A stretch of 64,000 nt of DNA, taken from the NCBI GenBank assembly GCA_050288245.1, contig JBNKDM010000002.1, positions 12,067 through 76,066 of the forward strand, in the 5' to 3' direction. Under the pieces are notes generated by a model. The model was not told the DNA's origin and did no database searches. It saw only the letters and a program-made list of their open reading frames with translations. Source of the DNA: Sedimenticolaceae bacterium. Lineage in GTDB: Bacteria > Pseudomonadota > Gammaproteobacteria > Chromatiales > Chromatiaceae. The position numbers and the translations under genes were made by a program. Positions 1 to 9,589 of the stretch are shown here, one piece after another. Every line of letters begins with the position of its first letter. Within the stretch, counting starts at the first letter, position 1.

Positions 1-747
1 CTCGGAATCGAGACCCTGGGCGGCGTTATGACTAAACTGATCGAGAAGAACACCACTATTCCGACCAATGCGAGTCAGACCTTCTCAACTGCAGACGACA
101 GTCAGACTGCGGTGACCGTGCACGTATTGCAGGGTGAACGTGAACAGGCCAATGCCAACAAATCTCTTGGCCGCTTTGATCTCACCGATATACCCCCGGC
201 CCCGCGTGGCGTGCCTCAGATCGAGGTGAGTTTTGATATTGATGCCAACGGTATTCTTAATGTTTCTGCTAAAGACAAGGCAACCGGCAAGGAGCAATCC
301 ATTGTGATTAAGGCCTCTTCTGGCCTGAGCGATGATGAGATTGATCGTATGGTCAAGGATGCCGAGGCCCATGCCGATGAAGACCGCAAGTTCAATGAAC
401 TGGTACAGGCACGTAATCAGGCGGATAGCATGATCCATGCGATCAAGAAGTCCATGGCGGAGATGGGCGACGATAAGATGGAGGAGGGCGAAAAGGATAA
501 CATAGAAGCCAAGATCAAGGAGCTGGAAGAGGCGATGAAGGGAGACAACAAGGAGGTAATCGAGGAGAAGACCAAGGCCCTTACCGAGGTCTCTGCCAAG
601 ATGGCAGAACGTCTCTATGCACAGGCGGGAGCAGAGGGTGATGGTGCTGCCGCTGATACTTCCGCTGCAGCCGGCGGTTCAGATGAGTCTGCTAAGGACG
701 ATGTGGTAGACGCTGAATTTGAAGAGGTTAAGGACGATAGCAAATAA
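1..747 (+). CDS. dnaK: Chaperone DnaK (Hsp70), C-terminal ~248 codons; 5' end lies outside the window
   Basis: Frame 1 is open from base 1. The translation [22 protein letters not shown]...[23 protein letters not shown]...EEVKDDSK is the Hsp70 substrate-binding domain, lid and acidic tail. dnaJ follows directly. Confidence 0.97.
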   Translation, partial: LGIETLGGVMTKLIEKNTTIPTNASQTFSTADDSQTAVTVHVLQGEREQANANKSLGRFDLTDIPPAPRGVPQIEVSFDIDANGILNVSAKDKATGKEQSIVIKASSGLSDDEIDRMVKDAEAHADEDRKFNELVQARNQADSMIHAIKKSMAEMGDDKMEEGEKDNIEAKIKELEEAMKGDNKEVIEEKTKALTEVSAKMAERLYAQAGAEGDGAAADTSAAAGGSDESAKDDVVDAEFEEVKDDSK

Positions 748-777
748 GCGAACAACAAACATATATCTGTTGTCAGT

Positions 778-821
778 GCAGAACGTGCGGGTGCTATGTG
801 CCCGCACGTTCTGCGGTTTTT
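778..821 (+). terminator. Rho-independent hairpin (attenuator/terminator) between dnaK and dnaJ
   Basis: Perfect 14-bp stem gcagaacgtgcggg (778-791) / cccgcacgttctgc (801-814) with a 9-nt loop, followed by ggttttt. Confidence 0.7.
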
Positions 822-862
822 GTAGTTGAATACTGGTGTTGAAACGCTGGAAATAAAAAAAC

Positions 863-2002
863 ATGTCTAAACGCGACTATTACGAAGTTCTGGGCGTAAA
901 TAAAAATGCCAGTGAGGCAGAGATAAAGAAGGCCTATCGCCGACTTGCTATGAAGTATCACCCCGATAGAAATACCGGGGAGGATGCCGCAAAGTCTGAG
1001 AAGATGTTCAAGGAGGCCAAGGAGGCCTACGAGATACTTTCCGATGCGCAAAAGCGTTCCGCCTATGACCAATTCGGTCACGCCGGAGTAAACTCATCTA
1101 TGGGTGGCCCGGGTGCGGGCGGCTTTGGCGGGAGTAATTTCAGCGATATCTTTGGTGATGTCTTTGGGGATATATTCGGTGGTGGCAGAGGTGGCGGAAC
1201 CAGGGTCCAGCGTGGCGCCGATCTGCGCTATAACCTGCAGGTTACGCTGGAAGATGCTGTTGCCGGAACTACGGTAAAGATCCGTGTCCCCACCATGGTC
1301 AAATGCAAGGCGTGCAACGGTTCCGGCGCCAAGAAGGGTTCACGCCCCAAGAGTTGCAGTACCTGTGGCGGGCATGGCCAGGTTAGGATGCAGCAGGGCT
1401 TCTTTTCTGTGCAGCAGACCTGTCCCACCTGTCGCGGCAAGGGAAGCGTGATCGATGATCCCTGTAACGTATGTCATGGCAATGGCCGGGTTCAGGAGCA
1501 CAAGACCCTGTCAGTGAAGGTGCCTGCCGGAGTTGATAATGGTGACCGTATCCGCCTTGCTGGTGAAGGTGAGGCGGGTGAGAGTGGTGGACCGGCCGGT
1601 GATCTCTATGTACAGATCATGGTCAAGGAACACAAGATATTCAGCCGGGAGGAGAACAATCTTTTCTGTGATGTTCCAATCAGCTTTGGTGCTGCTGCAC
1701 TCGGAGGTGAGTTGGAGGTCCCAACTCTGAGTGGGAAGGTCAAGCTGAAGATTCCGCCTGGTACTCAGACCGGAAAGATGTTTCGCATGCGTGGTAAAGG
1801 AGTTAAACCGGTGCGTGGTGGACCTGTAGGGGATCTTATATGCCGGGTAGCGGTGGAGACCCCGGTAAATCTCACAGAGCAACAGAAGGATCTGATACGT
1901 CAGCTGGATAGCTCGATGCAGGATGGTGGAAAGAGACACACCCCACAGTCAACTTCCTGGTTGGACGGAGTAAAGAATTTTTTCGAAGGCATGGGGTTTT
2001 GA
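863..2002 (+). CDS. dnaJ: Co-chaperone DnaJ (Hsp40)
   Basis: J-domain with HPD (KYHPDRN), a Gly/Phe-rich linker, and four CxxCxGxG zinc-finger repeats ([32 protein letters not shown]). Confidence 0.98.
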   Translation: MSKRDYYEVLGVNKNASEAEIKKAYRRLAMKYHPDRNTGEDAAKSEKMFKEAKEAYEILSDAQKRSAYDQFGHAGVNSSMGGPGAGGFGGSNFSDIFGDVFGDIFGGGRGGGTRVQRGADLRYNLQVTLEDAVAGTTVKIRVPTMVKCKACNGSGAKKGSRPKSCSTCGGHGQVRMQQGFFSVQQTCPTCRGKGSVIDDPCNVCHGNGRVQEHKTLSVKVPAGVDNGDRIRLAGEGEAGESGGPAGDLYVQIMVKEHKIFSREENNLFCDVPISFGAAALGGELEVPTLSGKVKLKIPPGTQTGKMFRMRGKGVKPVRGGPVGDLICRVAVETPVNLTEQQKDLIRQLDSSMQDGGKRHTPQSTSWLDGVKNFFEGMGF

Positions 2003-2045
2003 AGCAGGGCCTGGGGTATAGGGCCGAGAGCTAATTAAATAATAA

Positions 2046-2867
<822 letters not shown>

Positions 2868-3194
2868 TCCATGGGGTTATCTTGCCGCTGCTGATTCAGG
2901 GATTATGGCAGCGTCAGGTGCATTCGTTGTAAGAACATTTCTAGCCATTGTCATTGCCAATCAGGTTCTGACTGTTTGATGCTGTCAATGGTTCTCTGTT
3001 ATGTGATTGATCTCACGTAACTGAGGTTCATCTGTTGCGCAATCATCCTGTTGATTCAACAATAAATATCAACAACTAAAGTAAGCGCTATGGATAGCAT
3101 TTCCCTTCCAGGCTAGATTTTCCTGAACGCTTTTTCTGAATAAGCCCAAAATCGGCTTGTCGAGAACGTCTGAGAGCAGTGAGGTGCCACAGCA

Positions 3195-3902
3195 ATGAAG
3201 CTACGAGTCCTGTTATTCGCATCTGTCTTTATACTGGGATTGTCTGCCAGTTTTTCCGGCGTTGCAGCGGTGGATACTTATAACAATTTTGCTCCATCCA
3301 GTCCCCTTTACAATGCCGCAGGCAATTGGATCGGTGATCTTTCCCCGGATACAGATGGTACTGTTACCTCTTTAATCGGCGTAACATTCCAGGCTTCCGT
3401 GACAGGTACATTGGCGGGTATTACCGCTGCCATATGGGGCCCGGACGATGGCTACACCGCAGGAAGCAGTTTTAGTTTATCTATTTACGCTGATAACAAT
3501 GGTGTAGAAGGTACTCAGGTCTGGAGTCAGACTTACAGCTTTGATGATATCTATTGCTGTTATGATTCCGGCAACGGTGTGACTGATTTTGCCATCGACA
3601 ATGACGCCGCCGCCACCTTGATTGCCGGTCAGAGCTATTGGCTGGATGTTGAGACCCCGGTGGATATTGTGGGCAGCTTCAGCTGGAACAAGGATAACCT
3701 CTTGACGAGGGGAGGATTCCATATGGTGCGGTATGATGAGGCGGCTGATTCCTATCTGTCGGACTATCTGACTAATGCCAGTTCGCGGGCATTCTCTATC
3801 AGCGTCAATCCGGTACCACTTCCTGCAGCTGTCTGGCTATTAGGTTCCTCCCTGCTCGGTCTGGGGCTGTTTCGCCGTAGCAACAAACCAAAGCCGATAT
3901 GA
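3195..3902 (+). CDS. Secreted protein of unknown function with a VPLPA-CTERM/PEP-CTERM-type C-terminal sorting tail
   Basis: N-terminal signal peptide (MKLRVLLFASVFILGLSASFSGVAA). The C-terminus PVPLPAAVWLLGSSLLGLGLFRRSNKPK is motif + TM helix + basic cluster. The middle region matches nothing I recognise. Confidence 0.8.
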   Translation: MKLRVLLFASVFILGLSASFSGVAAVDTYNNFAPSSPLYNAAGNWIGDLSPDTDGTVTSLIGVTFQASVTGTLAGITAAIWGPDDGYTAGSSFSLSIYADNNGVEGTQVWSQTYSFDDIYCCYDSGNGVTDFAIDNDAAATLIAGQSYWLDVETPVDIVGSFSWNKDNLLTRGGFHMVRYDEAADSYLSDYLTNASSRAFSISVNPVPLPAAVWLLGSSLLGLGLFRRSNKPKPI

Positions 3903-3911
3903 GGGGTAGGA

Positions 3912-3927
3912 TGGCATAGGATTTGCT
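3912..3927 (+). promoter_or_regulatory. Candidate sigma54 (RpoN) -24/-12 promoter upstream of the FliK-like gene
   Basis: TGGCATaggatTTGCT has GG and GC at the canonical 12-nt offset (consensus TGGCAC-N5-TTGCW). The GC lies 44 nt upstream of ATG 3970, and a GAGG Shine-Dalgarno sits in between. Confidence 0.5.
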
Positions 3928-3969
3928 CATTACTGACCAGAGAAACAGTTTTTATGTTGAGGTCACTGT

Positions 3970-5079
3970 ATGAGCGCACCCATTCCAGCCAGCTTAAGCG
4001 TTGCCCCACAGGCCAGCCAGAGCAGCAATCCGTTAACCGAGTTCATCCGTGCTGATGGCGCAGAAGGCACTCCTGATGCGGTTTTGCTGAGTTTCAAGGA
4101 GATTCTTACCGATGAGACAATGCTCACCAAGTTTCTGGATGACCTGAAGGGCATTCTACCAACAGAGGAGCTTGCCAAGCTTGAGGAACTGGCCGAGTCC
4201 GGCAAAGATTTGCCGTTAGCGGCAATTATCCCACCTGATTCACCACTGTATTCCCTTCTGTTCAATGGTGATACGCCGGTTATTCCCCAGGCCATACAAC
4301 AGGCGATAGGGCAGGATGGAAGTCAGATCTCTCCATTAGTCGCCTCCGGTATCAAGCTGAGTGCAGGGTGGTCAAAGCAGGGTGCGGATGCGAATAAACG
4401 CCAAATCAATGATCTTCTGACCCCTGTTGCGGCGCGGGGCGATGAGAAACATCTGACGGACCAACTGGTGGCAGCGAAGAGCGAGCTCACTGTTACTGAC
4501 CTTGTATCCAGGACGCTTGCAACATCAGCAGTCGTGAGCGATGCAGCAACTACCCAGACGGCCAATATCAACTCAGCAATAAGTGGGTTGGCGCAGCTAT
4601 CTAATTTTCAGACAAGTGGCGGATCCAGCACGCCTCCGGCAATTGCCGCACCGTTGGGGGATGATGGGTGGAGTCAGGCCATGGGCGATCGCATCATGTG
4701 GATGATAGGGAAAGGGGTGCAGACATCATCCATACGTATCAATCCGCCGAATTTGGGGCCGATCCAGGTCCACGTCTCTGTGCATAACGATCAGGCAAGT
4801 GTGAATATTCTGGCGCAGCACGGAGCGGTCAAAGATGCCATAGAAGCGGCGATACCGCGACTGCGTGAGATGATGCATGAAGGTAATATGCAGCTGGTAA
4901 ATGTAGATGTAAGTCATCGAGAGAATATGCAGCAGGATGGCAACTCTGCTCTGTTGCAACAGGAGCATAGGGATAACTCAAACTATTTTACTCAACAGGA
5001 GCAGGCCCTTTCTGTTCCGGTTGAAGAGGAGTCTCCGAGATATTACACCAGCTCCGGGTTGTTGGATGATTATGCCTGA
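3970..5079 (+). CDS. Flagellar hook-length control (FliK)-like protein with a C-terminal Flg_hook domain
   Basis: The C-terminal block GWSQAMGDRIMWMIGKGVQTSSIRINPPNLGPIQVHVSVHNDQASVNILAQHGAVKDAIEAAIPRLREMMHEGNMQLVNVDV is typical of the FliK/Flg_hook domain. The N-terminal part is low-complexity and Ser/Thr/Ala/Gln-rich, as in FliK. No other flagellar gene is adjacent. Confidence 0.75.
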   Translation: MSAPIPASLSVAPQASQSSNPLTEFIRADGAEGTPDAVLLSFKEILTDETMLTKFLDDLKGILPTEELAKLEELAESGKDLPLAAIIPPDSPLYSLLFNGDTPVIPQAIQQAIGQDGSQISPLVASGIKLSAGWSKQGADANKRQINDLLTPVAARGDEKHLTDQLVAAKSELTVTDLVSRTLATSAVVSDAATTQTANINSAISGLAQLSNFQTSGGSSTPPAIAAPLGDDGWSQAMGDRIMWMIGKGVQTSSIRINPPNLGPIQVHVSVHNDQASVNILAQHGAVKDAIEAAIPRLREMMHEGNMQLVNVDVSHRENMQQDGNSALLQQEHRDNSNYFTQQEQALSVPVEEESPRYYTSSGLLDDYA

Positions 5080-5993
5080 TAGAGCTTATCTACCGAATCC
5101 GGCAGTTTTGACATGATTACATCTGCAAATGCCTCAAGGGCGCGTCGGCGCGGGAAGGTCTTGCGAAATACCAGTGATACCCTGCGGTAGGCATTTTTCT
5201 GATCCAATCGTTTAAGTATGAGATCCCTATCTTCCATCCACAACTCTTTTACCGCCAGGGCCGGAACCAAGGTACAACCTATACCGGCACTGACCATCTG
5301 GAGCAGGGTCTCCAGGCTGGAGGCACGCAGGTCCGCCATTTCGTCCCCATCCTTTCTCTGTTTCAGATTGCACACCTCCATGGCCTGATCCGCCAGACAG
5401 TGGCCCTCTGCCAGCAGCAACAGATTGCTGTTATTGAGCTCTTTTTGACTGATATTTTCATTCTTTGCCAGTTGATGCTCCCTCGGGCAGGCAAACCAGA
5501 AGGGCTCGTCGAACAGTGGGATGGAGTTGAACTCATTTTCATCAACCGGAGTTGCAAGCAGTGCTGCGTCTATCTCATGTTTGTGCAGCCGGATCAGCAG
5601 GGAATCTGTCATCTCCTCGGAGAGGATCAGGTGCATTCTGGGGTATTGCTGTTTGAGTGGCTTCAGCACCAATGGCATCAGATAGGGACTCAGGGTGAGG
5701 ATCGCACCTATGCGGATAGGTGTACTGTAGGGGTCGCGGTAGGAGCTGGCCAGTTCACGCAGGGCCTCAGCCTTCTCCAGTATCTCTCTGGCCAATACCA
5801 GAATATCTTCACCGGTCGGTGTGGTTTTGACCGAACGTTTGGTACGCTCGAACAGAGTGACGCCCAGCATATCTTCCAGCTTTTTGATCTGACCGCTCAG
5901 GGTGGGCTGGCTGACAAAACAGCGCTCTGCCGCCTTGCCGAAATGCTTGGTCTCGGCCACAGCAACTATGTATTCCAGGTCTCTGATGTTCAT
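5070..5993 (-). CDS. oxyR: LysR-family hydrogen-peroxide sensor/regulator OxyR
   Basis: The N-terminus MNIRDLEYIVAVAETKHFGKAAERCFVSQPTLSGQIKKLED is near-collinear with E. coli OxyR. The redox Cys pair is conserved in LLLLAEGHCLADQAMEVC. Confidence 0.9.
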   Translation of the reverse strand: MNIRDLEYIVAVAETKHFGKAAERCFVSQPTLSGQIKKLEDMLGVTLFERTKRSVKTTPTGEDILVLAREILEKAEALRELASSYRDPYSTPIRIGAILTLSPYLMPLVLKPLKQQYPRMHLILSEEMTDSLLIRLHKHEIDAALLATPVDENEFNSIPLFDEPFWFACPREHQLAKNENISQKELNNSNLLLLAEGHCLADQAMEVCNLKQRKDGDEMADLRASSLETLLQMVSAGIGCTLVPALAVKELWMEDRDLILKRLDQKNAYRRVSLVFRKTFPRRRALEAFADVIMSKLPDSVDKLYQA

Positions 5994-6128
5994 AACTTAA
6001 ATATATAGACTACAACGATAACTCTGCAATAAAAAAGCGATTTCACAGATATTCATTCCAGGGCTAGATTTTAGTCAGCTACTAGATGCTACTGCGGTGA
6101 GATTTACTATTAAACGGAGAGAGATGAG

Positions 6129-6278
6129 GTGATTATCCATTCTACACGGCATCCGGCAGCAAGCAGAACAACCGGGTGGCTGCGAAAGCTTGTCTGGGCC
6201 GCGCCGCTCTTCTTCTTGCTTAAGGGCCTGCTCTGGCTGGTAGCTCCGCTGTTGCTCGCTCTATATGGTCTGGAATAG
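6129..6278 (+). CDS. Possible 49-aa small membrane protein divergent from oxyR (below the ORF-track size cut-off)
   Basis: GTG start 5 nt after GGAGAGAG. Translation VIIHSTRHPAASRTTGWLRKLVWAAPLFFLLKGLLWLVAPLLLALYGLE is a basic N-terminus followed by a hydrophobic helix. I recognise no homologue. Confidence 0.3.
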   Translation: MIIHSTRHPAASRTTGWLRKLVWAAPLFFLLKGLLWLVAPLLLALYGLE

Positions 6279-6363
6279 GACAACGGACATAGGTTGGAGA
6301 TTGCAGCTGAACGTTGCGACATGATAAAGTCTGCGCTCGGATTAACCATGTCCACCACTTTAT

Positions 6364-6478
6364 GGTGGCCTGTGTCGGTCCCCTCGCAACGTGAAACTGT
6401 GAACCCGGTCAGGCCCGGAAGGGAGCAGCCGCAGCAGTGGAATCGTGTGCCGGGGTGTGGCTGGGGCGGGCCGCCACC
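6364..6478 (+). ncRNA. ffs: Signal recognition particle RNA (4.5S RNA)
   Basis: ggtggcctgtgtcggtcccctcgcaacg...cccggtcaggcccggaagggagcagccgcagcag...gtgtgccggggtgtggctggggcgggccgccacc aligns along its length with E. coli 4.5S RNA, including the GGUCAGGNCCGGAAGGNAGCAGCC domain IV core and complementary 5'/3' ends. The position upstream of dnaX-ybaB-recR is a common synteny. Confidence 0.92.
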
Positions 6479-6556
6479 AATTTTACACACCACTAGGCTC
6501 CTGTAGCCTCTGAGGTTAGAATAGAACCTTTTAGTGGATTGGAATATACGACCTCC

Positions 6557-8179
6557 ATGAGTTATCAGGTTCTTGCCAGAAAATGGCGCCCTCGTCTGTT
6601 TGAACAGCTGGTTGGCCAGGAGCATGTGGTTCGCGCCCTGACCAATGCACTGGATAACGGCCGTCTGCATCACGCCTATCTGTTTACCGGTACCCGTGGG
6701 GTAGGAAAAACCACTCTGGCACGCATCTTCGCCAAATCCCTCAACTGTGAAAAGGGCGTTACCTCGGTGCCATGCGGCCACTGCAGTGCCTGTACCGAGA
6801 TCGATGAAGGGCGTTTTGTGGACCTGCTGGAGGTGGATGCCGCTTCGCGTACCAAGGTAGATCAGACCAGAGAGCTGCTGGACAATGTCCCTTACGCACC
6901 AGTGCGCGGCCGTTTCAAGGTGTACATCATCGACGAGGTACACATGTTCTCCGACAGCAGTTTCAATGCACTGCTTAAGACTCTGGAAGAGCCGCCGCCG
7001 CATGTGAAATTTCTACTGGCAACCACCGATCCACAGAAGGTGCCGGTTACGGTTCTCTCCCGCTGTTTGCAGTTTAATCTCAAGAGGCTGCCTCTGGATC
7101 AGATTCAGGATCGTCTGGAATTTATCCTGAAGCAGGAGGCGGTAGAGCATGATATCAAGGCCCTGCTGCAGCTGGCGCAGGCTGCAGATGGCAGTATGCG
7201 TGACGCCTTAAGCCTTATGGATCAGGCCATTGCCTTCGGTGGCGGTGATGTCAGAGAGAGTGATGTACGTACCATGCTCGGCACTATCGCCGGTGAGCAG
7301 ATATTCGTCCTGCTGGATGCATTGGCCGATCTGGATCCGCAGCGGGTGATGGATGGTGTTACCGAACTGGCGCAGCGAGTCCCTGATTTTACCAGTGTGC
7401 TCCAGGAGTTGCTCTCTCTGTTACATCGTATCGCCCTGTATCAGGCGATACCTAATGCGATAGCAGACACAGACAGCGATCATGCCCAGATAGAGACGCT
7501 GGCACAGAAGATCTCTCCAGAGGATATCCAGCTGTTTTACCAGATAGCTCTGGTCGGGCAGCGTGATCTGCCCCTGGCGCCTGATCCAAGGAGTGGGTTC
7601 GAGATGGTACTGCTGCGGATGCTGGCCTTCCGTCCGGATCAGGGTGTGGCTCAGCAGGGGGGAAGTGGCAGGAAACAGGCCCCATCCCAGGTGGGAAGGA
7701 GTGCACAGACTACCCCCAGTCCTGATCATGCTAGCGTACCGGTTGCAACATCGCAGCCAGAGCCACAATCGGCACCTAAGGCAACTGGTTCAGCCTCCGA
7801 TCTGGAGGATTGGTGCGTGGCGGTATCCAACCTTGAACTTGGTGGTATATCCAGACAGCTTGCAGAGAACTGTCAGTACCGTGACTGGGATGGCACAACC
7901 CTTACCCTTACCCTGGACCCGGCACATCAACACATGCGGGTAGATAGCTCGGAACAGCGCCTGGTGAAGGCGTTGCAGGAGTTTCTGGGAGCTGATGTGA
8001 AGCTCAAGATCTTGGTGGAGCGGCCGGATGTTGCAACCCCGGCCCAGCAACAGGCACAGGCCAGAGCGGAGCGACAGCAGGAGGCGGAACAGGCCATGGC
8101 GGATGATCCGCTGGTGCGGGCCGCACAAGAGCAATTCGGGGCGCACCTGATAGCTGATTCGGTAAAACCGATAGATTGA
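6557..8179 (+). CDS. dnaX: DNA polymerase III subunit tau (clamp loader)
   Basis: MSYQVLARKWRP start, Walker A GTRGVGKTT, SRC motif (LSRCLQF), zinc module CGHCSAC. ATG 6557 is preferred over the TTG at 6539 given in the ORF track. Confidence 0.96.
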   Translation: MSYQVLARKWRPRLFEQLVGQEHVVRALTNALDNGRLHHAYLFTGTRGVGKTTLARIFAKSLNCEKGVTSVPCGHCSACTEIDEGRFVDLLEVDAASRTKVDQTRELLDNVPYAPVRGRFKVYIIDEVHMFSDSSFNALLKTLEEPPPHVKFLLATTDPQKVPVTVLSRCLQFNLKRLPLDQIQDRLEFILKQEAVEHDIKALLQLAQAADGSMRDALSLMDQAIAFGGGDVRESDVRTMLGTIAGEQIFVLLDALADLDPQRVMDGVTELAQRVPDFTSVLQELLSLLHRIALYQAIPNAIADTDSDHAQIETLAQKISPEDIQLFYQIALVGQRDLPLAPDPRSGFEMVLLRMLAFRPDQGVAQQGGSGRKQAPSQVGRSAQTTPSPDHASVPVATSQPEPQSAPKATGSASDLEDWCVAVSNLELGGISRQLAENCQYRDWDGTTLTLTLDPAHQHMRVDSSEQRLVKALQEFLGADVKLKILVERPDVATPAQQQAQARAERQQEAEQAMADDPLVRAAQEQFGAHLIADSVKPID

Positions 8180-8206
8180 TTGAATTGAAACAGTGAGGAA
8201 TTTGTT

Positions 8207-8530
8207 ATGCGTGGTGGTTTAGGCAATATGATGAAGCAGGTCCAGAAGATGCAGGATGATCTGCAGAAGGCCCAGGAGCAGCTCGCCATGGAGGAGGTAG
8301 AGGGCGAGTCCGGCGGCGGTATGGTCAAGGTGCTGATGAACGGCCGGCATGAGGTAAAACGGGTAAGCATCGATGACAGTCTGGTGGGGGATGATAAGGA
8401 GATGCTGGAGGATCTGGTTGCCGCAGCTATGAATGCAGCAGTGCAGAAGGTTGCAGACAAGACCAAAGACCGTATGTCCGGCCTTACCAGTGGCATGGGA
8501 CTGCCGCCAGGGTTCAAGCTGCCGTTTTAA
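8207..8530 (+). CDS. ybaB: Nucleoid-associated protein YbaB/EbfC
   Basis: 107 aa with the N-terminus [13 protein letters not shown] and a conserved position between dnaX and recR. Confidence 0.93.
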   Translation: MRGGLGNMMKQVQKMQDDLQKAQEQLAMEEVEGESGGGMVKVLMNGRHEVKRVSIDDSLVGDDKEMLEDLVAAAMNAAVQKVADKTKDRMSGLTSGMGLPPGFKLPF

Positions 8531-8533
8531 CCC

Positions 8534-9130
8534 ATGTCGCAACAGCCACTATTAAACAGATTGATGGAGGCCCTGCGCTGTCTGCCCGGGGTAGGTCCCA
8601 AGTCGGCACAACGCATGGCCTTCTACCTGCTGGAGCGGGATCGTGCAGGCGGGCGCAATCTGTCCCAGGTCCTGGCAGAGTCGATGGAGAAGATAGGCAA
8701 TTGCCGTCGCTGTCGCACCCTGACTGAGGCGGAGATATGCCCAATCTGCGCCAACAAAAATCGTGATGATGCCACGCTATGTGTGGTGGAGACACCGGCG
8801 GAACTTATGGTTATAGAGCACTCCATTGACTACCGCGGACGCTATTTTGTCCTGGGGGGGCATCTTTCACCACTTGATGGCATTGGTCCCGGAGAGATAG
8901 GTCTTGATAGGCTGGAGCAGCGTCTGAGTGAGGGCCAGGTTTCGGAGCTTATACTTGCTACCAATACCACCGTGGAGGGCGAGGCCACGGCCCACTATAT
9001 CAGTGAGATGGCGCGTGCCAAGGGTGTGCGTACCACCAGGATAGCCCATGGCGTGCCTATGGGTGGTGAGTTGGAATATGTGGATGGTGGCACTATTTCT
9101 CATGCATTTGCCGGGCGGTTGGAGATTTAG
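8534..9130 (+). CDS. recR: Recombination protein RecR
   Basis: HhH region ([14 protein letters not shown]), C4 zinc finger [16 protein letters not shown], and a Toprim domain. Confidence 0.96.
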   Translation: MSQQPLLNRLMEALRCLPGVGPKSAQRMAFYLLERDRAGGRNLSQVLAESMEKIGNCRRCRTLTEAEICPICANKNRDDATLCVVETPAELMVIEHSIDYRGRYFVLGGHLSPLDGIGPGEIGLDRLEQRLSEGQVSELILATNTTVEGEATAHYISEMARAKGVRTTRIAHGVPMGGELEYVDGGTISHAFAGRLEI

Positions 9131-9162
9131 TGGATATTTGCCAATAACTCAGGAGAGATTCC

Positions 9163-9507
9163 ATGACAGATTGTCTTTTTTGCAAAATGGTTTCAGGTGA
9201 GATTCAGCCCGACGTGGTACTGGAGACAGAGGATATCCTGGCCTTTCGCGATATAAATCCCCAGGCCCCGACCCATATCCTTATCATCCCCAAGAAGCAC
9301 ATAAGTACAACTAATGATCTCACAGCTGCTGATACTGAGGTGATGGGTAAACTTTTACTGGTAGCAAAGGATATAGCCGCCCAGGAGGGGGTTGCTGACC
9401 CTGGCTATCGTACGGTCATGAACTGCAATGCTGATGGGGGCCAGGCGGTATACCACATCCATCTGCATCTGTTGGGTGGCAGGGCGATGGCTTGGCCCCC
9501 GGGATAA
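9163..9507 (+). CDS. hinT: Histidine triad (HIT) nucleotide-binding protein
   Basis: CLFCKMVSGEI N-terminus and the HIT motif HIHLHLLGG. Confidence 0.92.
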   Translation: MTDCLFCKMVSGEIQPDVVLETEDILAFRDINPQAPTHILIIPKKHISTTNDLTAADTEVMGKLLLVAKDIAAQEGVADPGYRTVMNCNADGGQAVYHIHLHLLGGRAMAWPPG

Positions 9508-9589
9508 GCGTAGGGCGCTGTTATCAATACCATTTTTCTGTTTTTCTACTAAGATAAAAGTAGGGTTTCATTAATTGGCTGGGGATACC

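Noticed and set aside
2906-2922. Sigma54-like TGGCAgcgtcaggTGCA downstream of dapB.
   Set aside because: The GG-to-GC offset is 13 rather than 12, and the site is ~270 nt from the next start codon.
3108-3121. Shared motif CCAGG(G)CTAGATTTT, upstream of the VPLPA-tail gene here and again at 6058-6072 next to oxyR.
   Set aside because: It is only ~13-14 nt. Dozens of chance 13-mer matches are expected in a 64-kb window when both strands are compared. There is no third copy and no consistent position relative to starts.
6110-7003. Long antisense ORFs, such as this 297-aa ORF opposite ffs/dnaX. Similar ones lie at 5400-6008, 7927-8517, 10143-10802, 18314-19018, 23090-23677, 30126-30755, 44555-45133 and 49956-50477.
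   Set aside because: Each lies entirely opposite a strongly supported conserved gene (or across the SRP RNA). Each has an odd composition (Arg/Ser/Cys/His-rich) and no SD or motif. They are typical shadow ORFs of GC-biased coding DNA.
6557-8179. Programmed -1 frameshift site in dnaX (gamma subunit), as in E. coli (A AAA AAG plus hairpin).
   Set aside because: I found no A AAA AAG or other A-run slippery heptamer in the expected region (~7500-7900). The only A5 run is in the Walker A codons. There is no support for a frameshift product from sequence alone.
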